Positions 1 to 13,126 are shown, counted from the stretch's first letter. The stretch is DNA of 64,000 bases from Felis catus (GCF_018350175.1 NC_058382.1:53012001-53076000), one strand, 5' to 3'. The notes: a model not told the origin generated them from the letters alone. A program made the numbers and translations.

Positions 1-20
1 TTATTTATTTATTAATTTTA

Positions 21-245
21 TTTATTTAAAAAAAAAATTTTTAACGTTTATTTATTTTTGAGACAGAGAGAGATAGAGCACGAACGGGGGAGGGTCAGAG
101 AGAGAGGGAGACACAGAATCAGAAACAGGCTCCAGGCTCTGAGCAGTCAGCACAGAGCCCGACGCGGGGCTCGAACCCACGGACCGCGAGATCGTGACCT
201 GAGCCGAAGTCGGACGCTCAACCGACTGAGCCACCCAGGCGCCCC
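21..245 (-). mobile_element. Can-SINE (SINEC_Fc-type), full length
   Basis: Reverse complement of the GGGGCGCCTGGGTGGCTCAGTCGG head, tRNA-like A/B boxes, (CT)n linker and A-tail. 15-bp TSD tatttattaatttta at 6-20 and 246-260. Confidence 0.97.
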
Positions 246-810
246 TATTTATTAATTTTAAATCCCTCCTCCTTAGACCAGAATCACTGTCCTTCCCTTT
301 TGGGAACAGGGCTTGATGGAGCCATAAAAACAGCAGTGACAGTAACAATTGTGGGGGGTGGGCTCATGGATGCTCAAGAGTCATCTAGAAGACAGGCATT
401 TTGCAGAGCATCTCCTTGAGGGTCTACTAAAGACTGGCCCTGTCCCTGTATCTGCAGTTTGAGCTCCCGTTGTAGCTGGGATTCACCCTGCACTTTGAGG
501 GGGCTCCTGCTCTGCCGAGGGCACCAGAGCCATGAAAGTGTCCGAAAGTTACGAACAGCCTGAGCCCAGGGCCGGATGCTCTGCGCCGGGCAGGGACGGG
601 GCACTAATGGTGCGCGGTATGGAGGGTACCTCGGTCCATCTGTGGACAGGGGAGTGAGGACGAGGCCAACAGAGCCCAGGAATGGCGAGTTGCTCGAGCC
701 CTGGGGTTGCTGTTGAGCCATCCAGAGGAGTGGCCGCGGGCTGCAGCTTGGTGCTGCACAAAGCATCTAACGAAAACGTCTCCCTCTGGGACTCCTCTCC
801 TCTCCATTCC

Positions 811-1046
811 ATTTATTTTATTTTTATTTTATTATTACTTTTAATTTTTTTTTTTTAATTTATTTTGAGAGCGAGAGAGAGCACAAGTAGGGGAGGGGCA
901 CAGAGAAGGAGAGACAGAATCCCAAGCAGGCTCTGCACCATCAGCGCAAAGCCCACTGCGGGGCTCGAACGCACAAACGGGGAGATCGCGACCTCAGCCG
1001 AGACCAGGAGTTGGACGCTTAACCAGCTGAGCCACCCAGGTGCCTC
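811..1046 (-). mobile_element. Can-SINE, older copy
   Basis: Can-SINE body and T-rich tail, flanked by a degenerate cctctccatt duplication. Confidence 0.93.
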
Positions 1047-3151
1047 ACCTCTCCATTTCAGAGTGCAAGGCACTGGGTTTTATCCTAACCTCAGGGTGAG
1101 TCAGGTCCTAAATTCACTCTTCCATAGAATGAGCTGATTTCTGTGGCTCCGAGCTAGCAGCAGCCTGTGTATTAATTTAACTCCATTTTTATAGGTCTTT
1201 TGCATGCCGGGTGAAGCACACGGCACTACCATCTAATTAAAAGGAATGCTTATCAATTTGCAGGATAGTCGCTTATGGGAAGGCATTATAATAAAAACAC
1301 TACACCAAATCCTCCATTCTGAAGAGGTAAACATCAATCACCTAGTGAGAATATTAGCATTTAATCATACACTTGCTGAGCGAATCTGTAGAAACATTCT
1401 TGCCTTGAGAAACATCCCCGGTTCTTAAACAGTTAACTTTCTAGAATGGAATTGCACAGAGCCTTTCTGAAGATCGGACGCAGGAGGAGGTAATGACAAG
1501 GGTAGCTGTTTCTGGCGCCCTAATTTGGCCAGGACTTCTGTCCTTTGGCATGCTAAGGCGGGCTGCTTCTGCGGGTACCACTGGCAGCGACAGAGAGGAT
1601 GTGCAGGATGTGTGACCCACACACATGACTGAGGCATAAACGCTATGGCTCAGAGACTGTTTCGGCACTGGACTAGACATCAGGCACAGGAAGCCTGGCC
1701 TTGACCCCACCCTTGCCTTGCTGGGTGGCCTTGAGCAAACTGGGCAAGCCTTAGTTTTATCATCTGTGAAAACAGACCCACTGACTTCAAAAAATTGCTA
1801 CAGTCATGAGAGACCTTGCAGTATAACGGAATGAGCACGGGTCAAATCCTGGTGCTACAGGTGATCAACCCTCAGCCAGAAAAAAAAATGCCTCGCTGTG
1901 TCTACAAAGAGGATGCCCTGAAAATGCCCACTCTGCATGCTTGTTCTCGGAGACTGAAAAAAATCAATCAAGCAGGGGGAGAATAGTTGACAGTCAGGCT
2001 TGAAATGGATGTCAATTTCCCATCGTGGAGTATCCTTTCTAAATCGAACGTGCTAAGATGATATCCCAACTTTTCGGAACAAATTGCTCTTATTTAACAG
2101 CAGGAGGGTCCCCTGAGATCCTCGGCTGCCCTTTTATTTGGGGGTGAAGTCGAGCACCCTCAGCAACTCCACCTCTCCTCAGGAATGTCTTTTTCTAATT
2201 CGACAGGGTAGGGCTGCATTCTGTAATATCTCTTTGCCCCCGATTTACAATCACCCCTCGTCTAATGCTGGCTGAGGTTTGTCAGGCTGGGCTGGTTCAA
2301 ATGTCTATTTTAAATATCTCCCAAAAAGCAAATTAAAATAAGAAACGTCAAGTTCTTCTGTGTAGTCCCATTAGCTTGGCCTCTGGAAAAATAGCTTCCA
2401 GGCAGAAAAAAAGAAACAGCCAAAGGGACTGTTCCCACCTGGATCCCAAATCCGGAGAGCAGCCCATTCACTCTGCCACTGGGCTCTTCTGGGACAGGAG
2501 ACTGACGTCTCCAAAGCCCAGTGCTTTGGGGCGCAGACTGTTAATGACCCAGGCGAGAGGGAGGGAGATGCCGCCATTTTCGTATTCCGACCTGGTTTCT
2601 AGGGTAAAACTGGACATGACTTCTTGCTGCAGAATCTCTTTTACCCTAGTATCAGATAAGTACCTGAAGGAAGTCCTACGGGAGTGCAGTCGAGATCCCA
2701 AAAGCTGGAACAAGTGAAAATAAAATGACCTACGTCACAGGACAAAAGGCACTGATCTCAGCACCAAGCACAAAGGGAAGATGCTTTGCCCATTTGATTC
2801 AAGTGTGGTTTTTATCTACGCGTCCAGTTATCAGGCATCAGCCCGCCTATCTTCCTACCTATCAGTTCACTCCAACCCATCGGTAATAGGAGCACTCACA
2901 CGGCAAAACGAAGAAAACAGGAAAGCAAGTATTAGAGAAGTATAAAGATAGCTATGGAGACAATATACACACAAAAAAAACACACAAAGAAAATACACTG
3001 TGATCTATTAAAACGGCTGCACCAGCGAGAGATGAATGTGGGGAGATATGAATATAGGCGCATTTCCTTCCTTCCCTTCCACTTATTTGAAACACTTAAC
3101 ACACTTTACCAACTTTCTACAAGAACATTTCCACGTTATTAATGCCACTTT

Positions 3152-3367
3152 AAAAAAATGTTTTCGACACTTATCTGTTCTTGAGAGACCGAGGGAGACA
3201 GAGCGCGAACAGGGGAGGGGCAGAGAGAGGAGACACAGAATCTGAAGCCGGCTCCAAGCTCCAAGTTGTCAGCACAGACCCCGACGCGGGACTCAAACCC
3301 ACGAACCATGAGATCATGACCTGAGCCGAAGCTGGATGCTCAGTGGACGGAGCCACCCAGCCGCTCC
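3152..3367 (-). mobile_element. Can-SINE
   Basis: Can-SINE body; TSD taatgc(c/t)acttt. Confidence 0.93.
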
Positions 3368-5129
3368 TAATGCTACTTTCTGTAACACCTGTATAACATT
3401 CCAGAATTTGGGCGTTCCCTAATTGACTTGCCAATTCCCCTATTGTTTAAAGAAAGGAAGTTGGACTCCTGATCCAGTCTGACTTCCCAGTCTGGATCAC
3501 AGAGAAGTTAACTGAGAAAGCTCGCAGAAACACACTTCACTCAATAGTGGACAGAGGTTTGGGGCTGATGCTGTCCCTGCCTGGCACCCGTGGCCCATAA
3601 GCTTTGCGTGAGGGTTAGCTACAGGACAATTAAAAATCAAAAAGTCCAGGTAAAAGTGTGTCTGAAGTTATCTGCTCTCTGAAACAAATTTGTTCCCTGA
3701 GGACAGCTGAGATTTCCTTCCAAAGCGACCCGTGTATCCAACTTTCAGTAATAGTTGGAAAAAGGTCAGCGTAAAGACAGGCCATTCTTAATGAGCAACT
3801 ACCCACGCAGGTTTTTCATGCGATGAAGAAGGGTCCTTGCCTCAGTGACAGGAAAGCCCATTCACAGGCTGGGTCGTTTATTCACTGAACAAACAATTGT
3901 TAAGCTTCTCCTAACATGCGTCCTGTTTAACGCCCTGAAATACAGGCACGGAAATGTATTCTGTGAGCTCTGGATCTCAGACCGAGGGTTGGATACAGAT
4001 CCATAAACTGGTGACTTAGAGACTCTTGCACAGCGTCAGGGGCAACAGTACTCTGGACTCTGAAATAGGGCTTCAGTTTATGGAGATCAATGGGATCTCT
4101 TCTCCCAGAGTCTTGCTACCGGGGCAGCGTAAATAATGAAAGCATACATGACGAACGCTTTGATTGGCATAAGCAGAGGCGCAATGGGACCAGAGGAGAG
4201 GACCCAGCTCTGCCTTGCCGGGAGGAGACGGGTTGCCAATAAAACTCCCCATCAAAGGACACTGACATTGGAAAAATCGCGCAGATTCAAGAGGAAGTAT
4301 GCAGAACAGAACGGGATTGAATGCTAATGTTTGCTTTCACGCGCTAGTTTAAGAAACTGATCAGACACCTCGCGGCCGCCCAAGACCCTCATGGGGAAGC
4401 CACCTGTTCATCTTCGAGGCACCACTGGATCTCCTCACACTGTCCTTGGCTGCAGCCACATCTCCCTTCACACTTGCGTGTCAGTCACACGCAGTGTTTG
4501 CTGCAGGGCCTGCCAGCTGTGACGCTTGTTTGCAAGCCACCAAACATCGGTAGTTCAGCCCGGACCACGCAATTAACTTCATTTTTGCCCTCAGCCAGAT
4601 TTCAAACAAAGACCCCAGAGATGCCTGGAAAATTAATTTATTAAAAAAGCAATAGCTCGACAATGTGCATGATGGCAGAAGTAATGAATATGTTCAATAT
4701 CTTATAAAACAGTTGGCAATCACATAATAGAGCGTTCATTGTCAATTTCGGAGCTTGACTCATTATGCTCAGCAAATAGTTGTAAAATAGTGTATTATTC
4801 ATGAACCAACATGTGTTAATTACTTTTAGTGCACATTTATTTTTCAAATGCAATAAGAGTTATAGTCATCTAGAAAAGCAACTTATTTTGCTCGTCTGCT
4901 CTAGGATGCTTTCAAAGAAAGAGCCACTGCTGTGTTTCTCAAGCTTGAAAATACAAAAACCAGTCAAGTCAGCACCTTTGTCCCAGCAAAAAACAGGCAG
5001 GGACAGCCCCTGCCTTGGACCATCCAGCAAAGGGCTAGCTGACACTACCCTGCCCCCCGCCCCGGCCCCCGATATAGACCTCACCCAGTGCCTACACCAG
5101 GCCTGATGGAGATGGTTAAGAAGCAGTTC

Positions 5130-5713
5130 AGCCACCTGAGTCTCATCATGAACTTGGCCATGGGAATTGCTTTGTAATGGGATATGAGCAGGCAGACAGG
5201 CAGGGGGTTGAAACGCTCTTGGGGCGCCTGGGTGGCTCAGTCGGTCGAGCGTCCGACTTCGGCTCAGGTCATGATCTCACGGTTCGTGAGTTCGAGCCCC
5301 GCGTCGGGCTCTGTGCTGACCTCTCAGAGCCTGGAGCCTGTTTCGGATTCTGTGTCTGCCTCTATCTCTGACCCTCCCCCGTTCATGCTCTGTCTCTCTC
5401 TGTCTCAAAAATAAATAAATGTTAAAAAAAAAAAAAAAAAGAAATGCTCTTGCGTTGCTAGATGTGCCTTTTTACAGTCCTGCCCTTCACCGTGAGGGAA
5501 GCGCTCCCTGGGGAACACTAGTCCAAGGAAAATGAGAGACACATAAAGTAGACACGAACCTAACCCGTAGCCTGGAGCCAAACCCAGCCTGGATCAGCCG
5601 ACCCTCAGCCTACAGACAGATAGGTGAGTGATGCTAACGATCGCTGCTTTAAGCTACTACATTTCCTACAGTTTGGGGGGTGGTTTGTTATGCAGCAAAA
5701 GCTGACTGATACA
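5130..5713 (+). mobile_element. MLT1-type (MaLR) solo LTR, old subfamily, interrupted by a SINE
   Basis: Typical MLT1 3' end (tttaagctact...ggtttgttatgcagcaaaagctgactgataca). 5' boundary approximate. Confidence 0.7.
5221..5440 (+). mobile_element. Can-SINE, full length
   Basis: Canonical head at 5221 and A-tail; TSD gaaa(c/t)gctctt at 5210-5220 and 5441-5451. Confidence 0.97.
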
Positions 5714-6759
5714 TGTGGCATCTGCAAATTTTACTTTGGGCTGCCCTGGGGGATTCCCCAAAGCAACTGGCAGTCCATTCACCTCTACTTCACCTACTCT
5801 GGAGGGTGTTTGGCCCCTGGGGATGTAAACCCAAGAGAGAAACCGCGTACTGTGTCGAGAGAAAACAGACGTCTTTCAGATGTGAGCCTCAGATTGAGAA
5901 CCAGTGGAGCCACTGCCCTGTGAGCCTTGATGTGTATCCAGCTGCTTCCTACACTTGGTGACTCCCTAGGGTGAGGTCACAGGAGGAACGGATTTCGTTG
6001 GTGATAGCTACAATTCTTCGATAGCTACGATTCTCCACCGCAGGGCTGGGAGGAAGGCCACTCTTTATAAACACCCGACCATGCAGCGATGTTATAAGTA
6101 TTAAATAACAATGGAGAAAACTTCCTAGCATATAGGTACCAGTTAGTGGTGCTGGTAGCAATAACAGTCACGGTAGTTGTTACTGTTCGAACTATTTGCT
6201 GACGAAGGAATTCAGGTGCACAGGGAAGGACCAGAAGCACCCTCTCCCATCCCCTGCCCATCCGGCTGCCCCAGAATCCAGATGTCCCTTCTGTCCCTTT
6301 CCCAAGATTCTCTCCTCCGTGCCAGTGCTGTTGTCCTGGAACACCACTGGCCTGACACCCCAACACTTCCACAGTCCGTCCTAGCCGGACCTGGGCTGGT
6401 GGGGTCGCACAGTGGGCTTCAGCGAGTAGAAGAAGTTCTTCTAACCGACCATGTGACTTCCAAACGGAATCACTTCCGGGTATCTCTCCCTGCCATAGCT
6501 CTGGGTCAGAGGAGTGCCTGCACATCCCAGGTTCTGGTAACCATCCCGGCTCATGTCTGTGTGTTGGCACAGGCAATGTCCTCTGCCTGGAGACGCCTTT
6601 CCCTCCCTCCCCCTCCTCTAGGTCCACCCAGGTCCACATCCTTCAAGACCCACATCCTGGGAAAAGACCTCCAGTTGACTCCCCAGGGAAAGGTCCAGCC
6701 TTCCAGCCCTTTGGTCCCACGGACACCTGGGCATACTTCTGTAGGATTAAGTGAACCAA

Positions 6760-6922
6760 AGTGCCGTTTGGTTTCTTCTGGGTCGTCCTTCTGTCTGGGG
6801 CATTCGTGCGTGACCTCTCTGAGAACATCCACCACGTCGCAATCATCTCTGGGCGCCCAGCCCCTTGCACAGCACAGAGACACAAGAGGGGCTCAGAAAA
6901 CGTGTTGAATAAATTAATGAAT
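6760..6922 (+). mobile_element. L2 3'-end fragment
   Basis: cagcacag...gctcagaaaacgtgttgaataaattaatgaat resembles the L2 3' terminus. Confidence 0.55.
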
Positions 6923-7795
6923 ATTCTAGCTGGGGCCAGCTCCTGAGGCCAGACGAGAGGCCGTAGCCTTTTTCCTTGCCGACCCAGCCCGGCTTCTCCA
7001 TCTTTCCCTTTCTCCCTGTTCTCCAGGTTCCCAGAATTCCCTGTTGAAGATGTAGCAGCAGATTGTAGCTCCTTCTTATTAGGAGTTAAGAAAAAAAAAA
7101 AAGTACATGCCATCTCCAATGACTCCAAGCCCTCCAGGGACAACCTATGTGAGGTTCACAGAGATAGGGAGCATGTGAGGACATTTCTAATTAAATTCTT
7201 TAGTGCCTTCTACTTGACCTCATTTCAACTGTGCCATAAATCTGAAAAAAAAAACCCTCAAATCCAAAATTTTAAATAATGCTTATGATTTGGTTTAGAA
7301 TAGCGACTCTCCTTAGTAATCCAGGAGCTGAACACACTTCGGTTGCCAGGGTATATTTTAAGACAGGGTCAGTTAAAGGCCACTGACCGTTTCAATTAAA
7401 ATGTTTTCAAGGATTTCTAAATAATAAACTGATCTTGCCTATAATTACAGATGAAATAATAATTAAAAAACCCCTCGTAATCCCGTGTGTAATGTTACGG
7501 CACGATGTGGGTGTCCACGTACCAAGACAAATACCTCCGCGAGACAGGGCGCCGTGGAAACAATTAAAGTATAAATCCCAAGCACCCATTAACACCCAGG
7601 CTCTATTAGGCTGACTCTGTTTTTGGTCACATTAAAGCCCCATAGAATTTGCTAGTGCTTGGGAGGGAATGGTATCGGTCCTACTTATATGAAAATGTAA
7701 TTTCACTCCGTAAATCTCGGCCGTAATTGGTTAATAAGCATACGCTTTGGCAACGTTACCACTGGGGATGACTGGTTGGAGGATTCCCCACCCAA

Positions 7796-7808
7796 ACACA
7801 TGCGCGCG

Positions 7809-7858
<50 letters not shown>
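7796..7858. repeat. (GC)8-(AC)n compound microsatellite
   Basis: Directly visible 63-bp purine/pyrimidine alternation. Confidence 0.98.
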
Positions 7859-7861
<3 letters not shown>

Positions 7862-7987
7862 CTTTTCTCACTTCTGATGGTTCTTCCTGCTTAGGGGTTT
7901 TCTCCTTCGCGGGTCTCCCAGGATTTCAGAGTGCGGCGACCCGGAAGTCCCAAGCATATCAGTTCCTACTCACAGCCCAGTTCCTAC

Positions 7988-8019
7988 TCTTCTTCTTCTT
8001 CTTCTTCTTCTTCTTCTTC
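7988..8019. repeat. (TTC)n microsatellite
   Basis: Directly visible. Confidence 0.97.
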
Positions 8020-8822
8020 CTGGTCACACATTTTCCATCTTATTGTCAAGATTGCCAGATTCTTCTGGTCCCCCCGCCTCCCTCACACTGCCCCTCTCTT
8101 CCCTGCCGTCTGTCTTCATGGTGCCATTTTGATCAACCTCCTCATCCCCTTTGAAAAGCCACCAGGACTCCATTTGTCCCTCAGCACGTCTCTAGCCAAC
8201 ATCATCTTACCCGTCTTCTACCTCTGTTCTCTCAGTTTGGTGGGAAGCAATGAGCACACCTATCTCATCATTTCATATTAATTTGTAAATGACTGGATGG
8301 GCCTATATAAATTTAAAGAGTTGCCTGATTTTTAACAAGGAAGCATTTACCTGTCTGACTTTCCCTTTGCTTAAAAGTCTCTAACCCCACAAATTATACC
8401 AAATCCATCATGTGACCTTATCCCTGATTTCATGGGATTGATTCCAGCGACACGGTGACCCCTCACACAGACACCCACCATAGAGGCCTGTAAAACAAAG
8501 TTTGAGTCCTCTTCTATGCTTGGCTTTATTTGCCAGGTCGTTTTGTTTTGTGGCTGTGTTTAAATATTTCAATACAGTCTCCAGTTTGTTGTTAATGAGA
8601 AACGAGAGGGAAACCGGAGCAGAAAACCCAGAAATTGGATAGGAAACCCGATTTCCAACAAGAAATGGTTAAATTTGAAGTGGATTTCAGTGGATGTCTT
8701 GGTGCATTGAGACATTTGACATGTGGAAAAATATCTAGTGGTGTAGGAATTCAACACCTGTACTTTGCCCAAGAAAAATGCCAAAGAGTGAAGGTTACCC
8801 AAACTGGAAATGCTTTATGCTT

Positions 8823-9200
8823 ATCCATCCACCCATCCACCCATCCATCCATCCATCCATCCACCATTCAATAATTTTGACTGCCAATTTGCCAGGTACT
8901 TGTTTTAGCTTCCCAGATGGCTCTTGTTCTAACGGAACTCACATTCTGTAGACAGAAGGCAGAGTAAATAAACAAACAAAATCAATCGATAAACAAGAAA
9001 ACATCAGCCAGTAATAAGTGCTATGAAGAAAATAAATCATGGTGGATGGAGCCCAATGGAGAAGTGGGAGGGGGGACTGCTTTGGAACAAGTGGTCAGGG
9101 AAGACCTCCCTGAGTTGGTGATATTTCAACTGAACCAGGAATAAGATTCAGAAAGTGAATCAAAAGGAGGATAGTTTAAGAAGGAAGAAGCTTGTGGGAT
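8823..9200 (-). mobile_element. L2 3' fragment with a (CCAT)n-expanded tail
   Basis: (CCAT)n followed by gccaggtact...ctcacattct...ataagtgctatgaagaaaataaa...gtggtcagggaagacctccctgag, typical of antisense L2. Confidence 0.75.
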
Positions 9201-10543
9201 CAATGGCACATCAACGGAGAAAGAAAACGTGGGTTATTTTTATAGTAGTAGTGAACCCCGCATCCACAGAGAGGTCACCCCCACCTTCTCCTTGCTGATG
9301 CCCACGTGCACCATGGAAAACGTGCTCTTCCCTTGGCTCGCCCAGATGAAACCGGTCTGATTCAGTAACTGACACAGTAACTGACTCTTTGCTGAGCTTT
9401 GTGAAATCAGGCACTTGGTGAACTGGCATTAGGGAGGAGGGAAGAGGGTTTTTGCCGCCACAGCCCCAAACATTCTGTGCAAACGTTTCCCGAGGCACCA
9501 CTTCCCCAGTGGAAGTAATGGGTGGCCATTTGCAAACTGCTTAGCCGTCCTAACCACCATCAACCAACCCTCATTAGCTAGCTGCATCTGGAACAAAGGC
9601 ACCTTTCCGAAGGCTCTGTTGGTTAAAACGCAACAAAACAAAAGTTTCATCTGGACGTGCCCTAACTAACTCCCTTTGGTGTTTTGTATCAAAACTATGC
9701 AATTGACACAATGGAAGATGGGGTACTGTTTCAGCACACCCCAAGCAAACACTCACTTGCTGAAACAATTCTGTTTAGAAAACAGTCGCTGTCTACACAA
9801 TTCTGGAATGAGCTAAAACTCTGTTTCCTTCTAAGAATGCTTGTAACGGCGATTTTCAAGACTTTTCTTAATAGTTCCTGCTTTACCCACCCAGTTTGGG
9901 ACACGTGTTTGCTAATCTCAACATCTCCTGACACATAACAATACACGTATTTTTTTGTTTATTTTATTCTGTCCCTAGGAAACTGCAAAGAAGTTTCGCC
10001 CCTGTGCTTGGATCAATTTTTATTTGGATCAGAATACAAATGCACCACATGTCACGTACCTTGGGATTATTTTGTTCCTTAACTTCTCACGGTGAAGACG
10101 CACAGACTTATGCAGAAAGGGTTAACGGAGCCACTTAGAATTAAATGGTACTACCTGATCATAAATTTTGCTTTTTGTAATAAAGCAATTTTCTCTGCGT
10201 TACAGTCTTACGAATATGATACACTGTCTGAAATAATAACTCTATTTCAGGCAGCCCGGACTCTCCCCCTTCTCTCAGCTAATTTCTTACATGATTCCCC
10301 TGGTTTTACAAGTATTTTTAATAGGGTGGATGTTCCAGATTCTTCCACACAGTCAAATCCTTTCATAATCAGAGACTTGTTCTTCCATAGGAATTTAATT
10401 CCCTCTGCAGAATTGTAACGTGGGTTGGCCTGATCTGGTTTACATTTTCTGACATGTTTTCCCTCCCCTGAAGATTAACTTAACCATCATTTGGCTCTAC
10501 TGCAATCCTTTTCATCTCATTTCCACTTAAAAAAAAAAATCTG

Positions 10544-10760
10544 GGGGCGCCTGGGTGGCGCAGTCGGTGAAGCGTCCGACTTCAGCCAGGTCACGATCTC
10601 GCGGTCCGGGAGTTCGAGCCCCGCGTCGGGCTCGGGGCTGATGGCTCGGAGCCTGGAGCCTGTTTCCGACTCTGTGTCTCCCTCTCTCTCTGCCCCTCCC
10701 CCGTTCATGCTCTGTCTCTCTCTGTCCCAAAAATAAATAAACGTTGAAAAAAAAATTTTT
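10544..10760 (+). mobile_element. Can-SINE, young subfamily
   Basis: CpG-rich near-consensus copy; TSD aaaaaaatctg at 10533-10543 and 10761-10771. Confidence 0.98.
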
Positions 10761-11514
10761 AAAAAAATCTGATTTCATTCAGTAGGGTATCTTACACTGT
10801 TTTCTGAAGATAGGGATTCTAGTTCTGGGAACATGCTTGGTTCCTGCCAAGTGTTTCTGACTTGGATTCTAGATGATGCTCAGATTGCCTGAAATTAACA
10901 CGAGTCCAAGATCCTTTAAAAACAACAACACTCAGCCCGGTGAATTAAGCACGTGGTCAAGTCAGTAAAATTTTACCCCAAAATTCGGTGGTATAGTCAT
11001 TTATCATTAGGTACAAAACACACTGAATTTGGTAAGACAGTTAAAATATTTCTTTTAATTATCTAAAATTCCCTTACGTCTCTTCTTTAGACTCTTTTTC
11101 ATGCCTTGGGATTCAGCTAAAAAAAAAATCTCCTCTTTGGAGATATAATGGGTTCCTTATTACTCCATCCTTTTTCCTTCTTCCATCATAGATCCTAATT
11201 ACAGCTTGCTTTATTACAGTTGCTTTATTTTTTGTGTGGTCTGTCTTAGCCACGACTCCACGTTCTATGAGTCGGTAACATACTGGGTGCAGAACTTACC
11301 GAACCCAGACGAGTGCCTGACATAAAGCAGGTGCTTAATAAATATTTGGTAAATTAATAAAAAAAAAAAAAAGCAAGCCTCAGAGAGGGGGCATTTTCTC
11401 CTCAATTCTCTGACTTCGTACATTAACTGAATTGGCCAGTGACCGGCATGGCGCCATTGTTCTATTCCCAGTTAGCAGCTAGCAATGAACTCTCACTTCT
11501 CTGCTGCTGCCATT

Positions 11515-11729
11515 TAAAAACTTTTTTAATGTTTATTTATTTTTGAGAGACAGACAGACAGACAGGGTATGAACGGGGGAGGAGAGAGAGGGAGACACAG
11601 AATCTGAAGCAGGCTCCAGGCTCCGAGCTGTCAGCACAAAACCTGACTCTGGACTCGAACTCACGAACCGCAAGATCATAGCCTGAGCCGAAGTCAAATG
11701 CTCAACAGACGGAGCCCCCCAGGCGCCCC
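11515..11729 (-). mobile_element. Can-SINE
   Basis: Can-SINE body; gccattt present on both flanks. Confidence 0.95.
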
Positions 11730-12442
11730 GAGGCCATTTTAGAAGGCAGAGTTTTCACTTCTCCGACCAGAGGTGTTCACATCAGCTCCCTCCCAGGTGG
11801 GGAAACTCACCACCAATCTCAGGCCTCCAGGGTCCCTCCTCCCTTGTGGTCAGGCTCCGGGGCCTGGCACTTAGAGCACACACATTTCTCAGAGCTATGT
11901 AAACGTGCAGAGGAGCCTGTCCAAGGAAGAGAGAGCGCCACGATTTGCATGCCACACGTAAGGCGATCTACGGAAAGCCAAAAGTGTCAAAGCAACCGCT
12001 CAACGGCTCAGCTGTCTCCAATTTGCCAAAAGTCACCCGACCTCTTTGGGCCTCAGTCTTTCGATCAACAGAATGAGGGGCTTGGACCCTGTAAACTCCG
12101 TATTGTTTCTAATGCTCTAGCCTTTTGCAAGTGCTTCCGTTATAGCGAGGGGCCGCATTTCTTCCTCAGGTGGGCATCAGTCCTTACTGTGGCACTTGGA
12201 GAGCACTCTACCTCTGCGTGGTGGGAGCAGTTGAAGCCCATAATTCCATGACGATGAGCACCAGGTCTGAGGTTCTTGAACAATTCACGTCTATTTATAG
12301 AGAATCTGGGATCCCATCCAGCAGTCCTGCCGATTGCATCAACCAAATAATAAACGTGCTTGAGAAATCCGTTATGTGTCAGTTCCATGAGCTTGGGTTA
12401 CCAGCTCACCTCTCATGGCTTGTTAGCCTGGCTGTCTTTAGG

Positions 12443-12548
12443 AGGGTGGCCAACCATCCTGGTTTGCAGGGACTGGGTGGATCGCCAGGACTCAAGGCTC
12501 CCAATGCTAAAACTGGCACACTGCCAAACGCATGGCCATTGGTGACCC
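12443..12548 (+). mobile_element. MER94-like non-autonomous hAT (Blackjack) element
   Basis: Imperfect TIRs gggtggccaa...ttggtgaccc; internal cctggtttgcagggact and tgctaaaactgg match remembered MER94 layout. Confidence 0.65.
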
Positions 12549-12589
12549 AGCTCAACTTATCTCTAACAATGCTATGATTATCACATCAT

Positions 12590-12790
12590 TAGCATCAGCG
12601 ATTAAGAGCTTACCCTGTGTTACCTTTCATAAGGACTTTACCAAGATCATCAGACCTTCACAATAGCACTTTCTATATTAGAATCATCCTCTTTCATAGA
12701 TGATGAGACAAAGATTGAGAAGGGTTACATGATTTTCTCAAGGTCACAAGGCTACAGAGAACTCCAAACCCTGACCCACCTGACCTTCCA
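12590..12790 (-). mobile_element. MIR fragment
   Basis: Degenerate MIR core (atagatgatgagaca...gagaagggttacatgattttctcaaggtcaca). Confidence 0.65.
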
Positions 12791-12856
12791 CTTTGTGTCA
12801 AAATTGGAGATTTGAAAACTGGATGTTTTCATAAAAGACTTTAAAAAAAGTTTTTA

Positions 12857-12899
12857 AGATTTAAAAAAAAAAATTTTAATGTTGATTTTGAGAGAGAGT

Positions 12900-12954
<55 letters not shown>

Positions 12955-13120
12955 CATGACAGCATGAGCCGGGGAAGGGTAGGGAGAGAGGGAGACACAG
13001 AATTTGAAGCAGGCTCTGAGCTGTCAACAGAGCCCCATGCGGGGCTCAATCCCACGAACTGCGAGATCATGAGCTGAGCTGAAGTCTGACACTTAACTGA
13101 TTGAGCCACCCAGCCTCCCC
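12857..13120 (-). mobile_element. Can-SINE with expanded (GA)n, inserted in the tail of the next SINE
   Basis: Can-SINE body; degenerate TSD at 12843-12856 and 13127-13140. Confidence 0.93.
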
Positions 13121-13126
13121 CCCCCC

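Noticed and set aside
52..348. Recurring peptides such as GAWVAQSV...SSPASGSVLTAQSLEP in many ORFs
   Set aside because: These are translations of Can-SINE sequence, not a gene family.
5221..5300. tRNA-like A/B boxes
   Set aside because: They are the tRNA-derived heads of SINEs and run into the SINE body; no standalone cloverleaf gene was found.
6177..6908. 243-aa ORF and overlapping antisense ORFs
   Set aside because: Non-ATG start, runs into L2-like sequence, and resembles no known protein.
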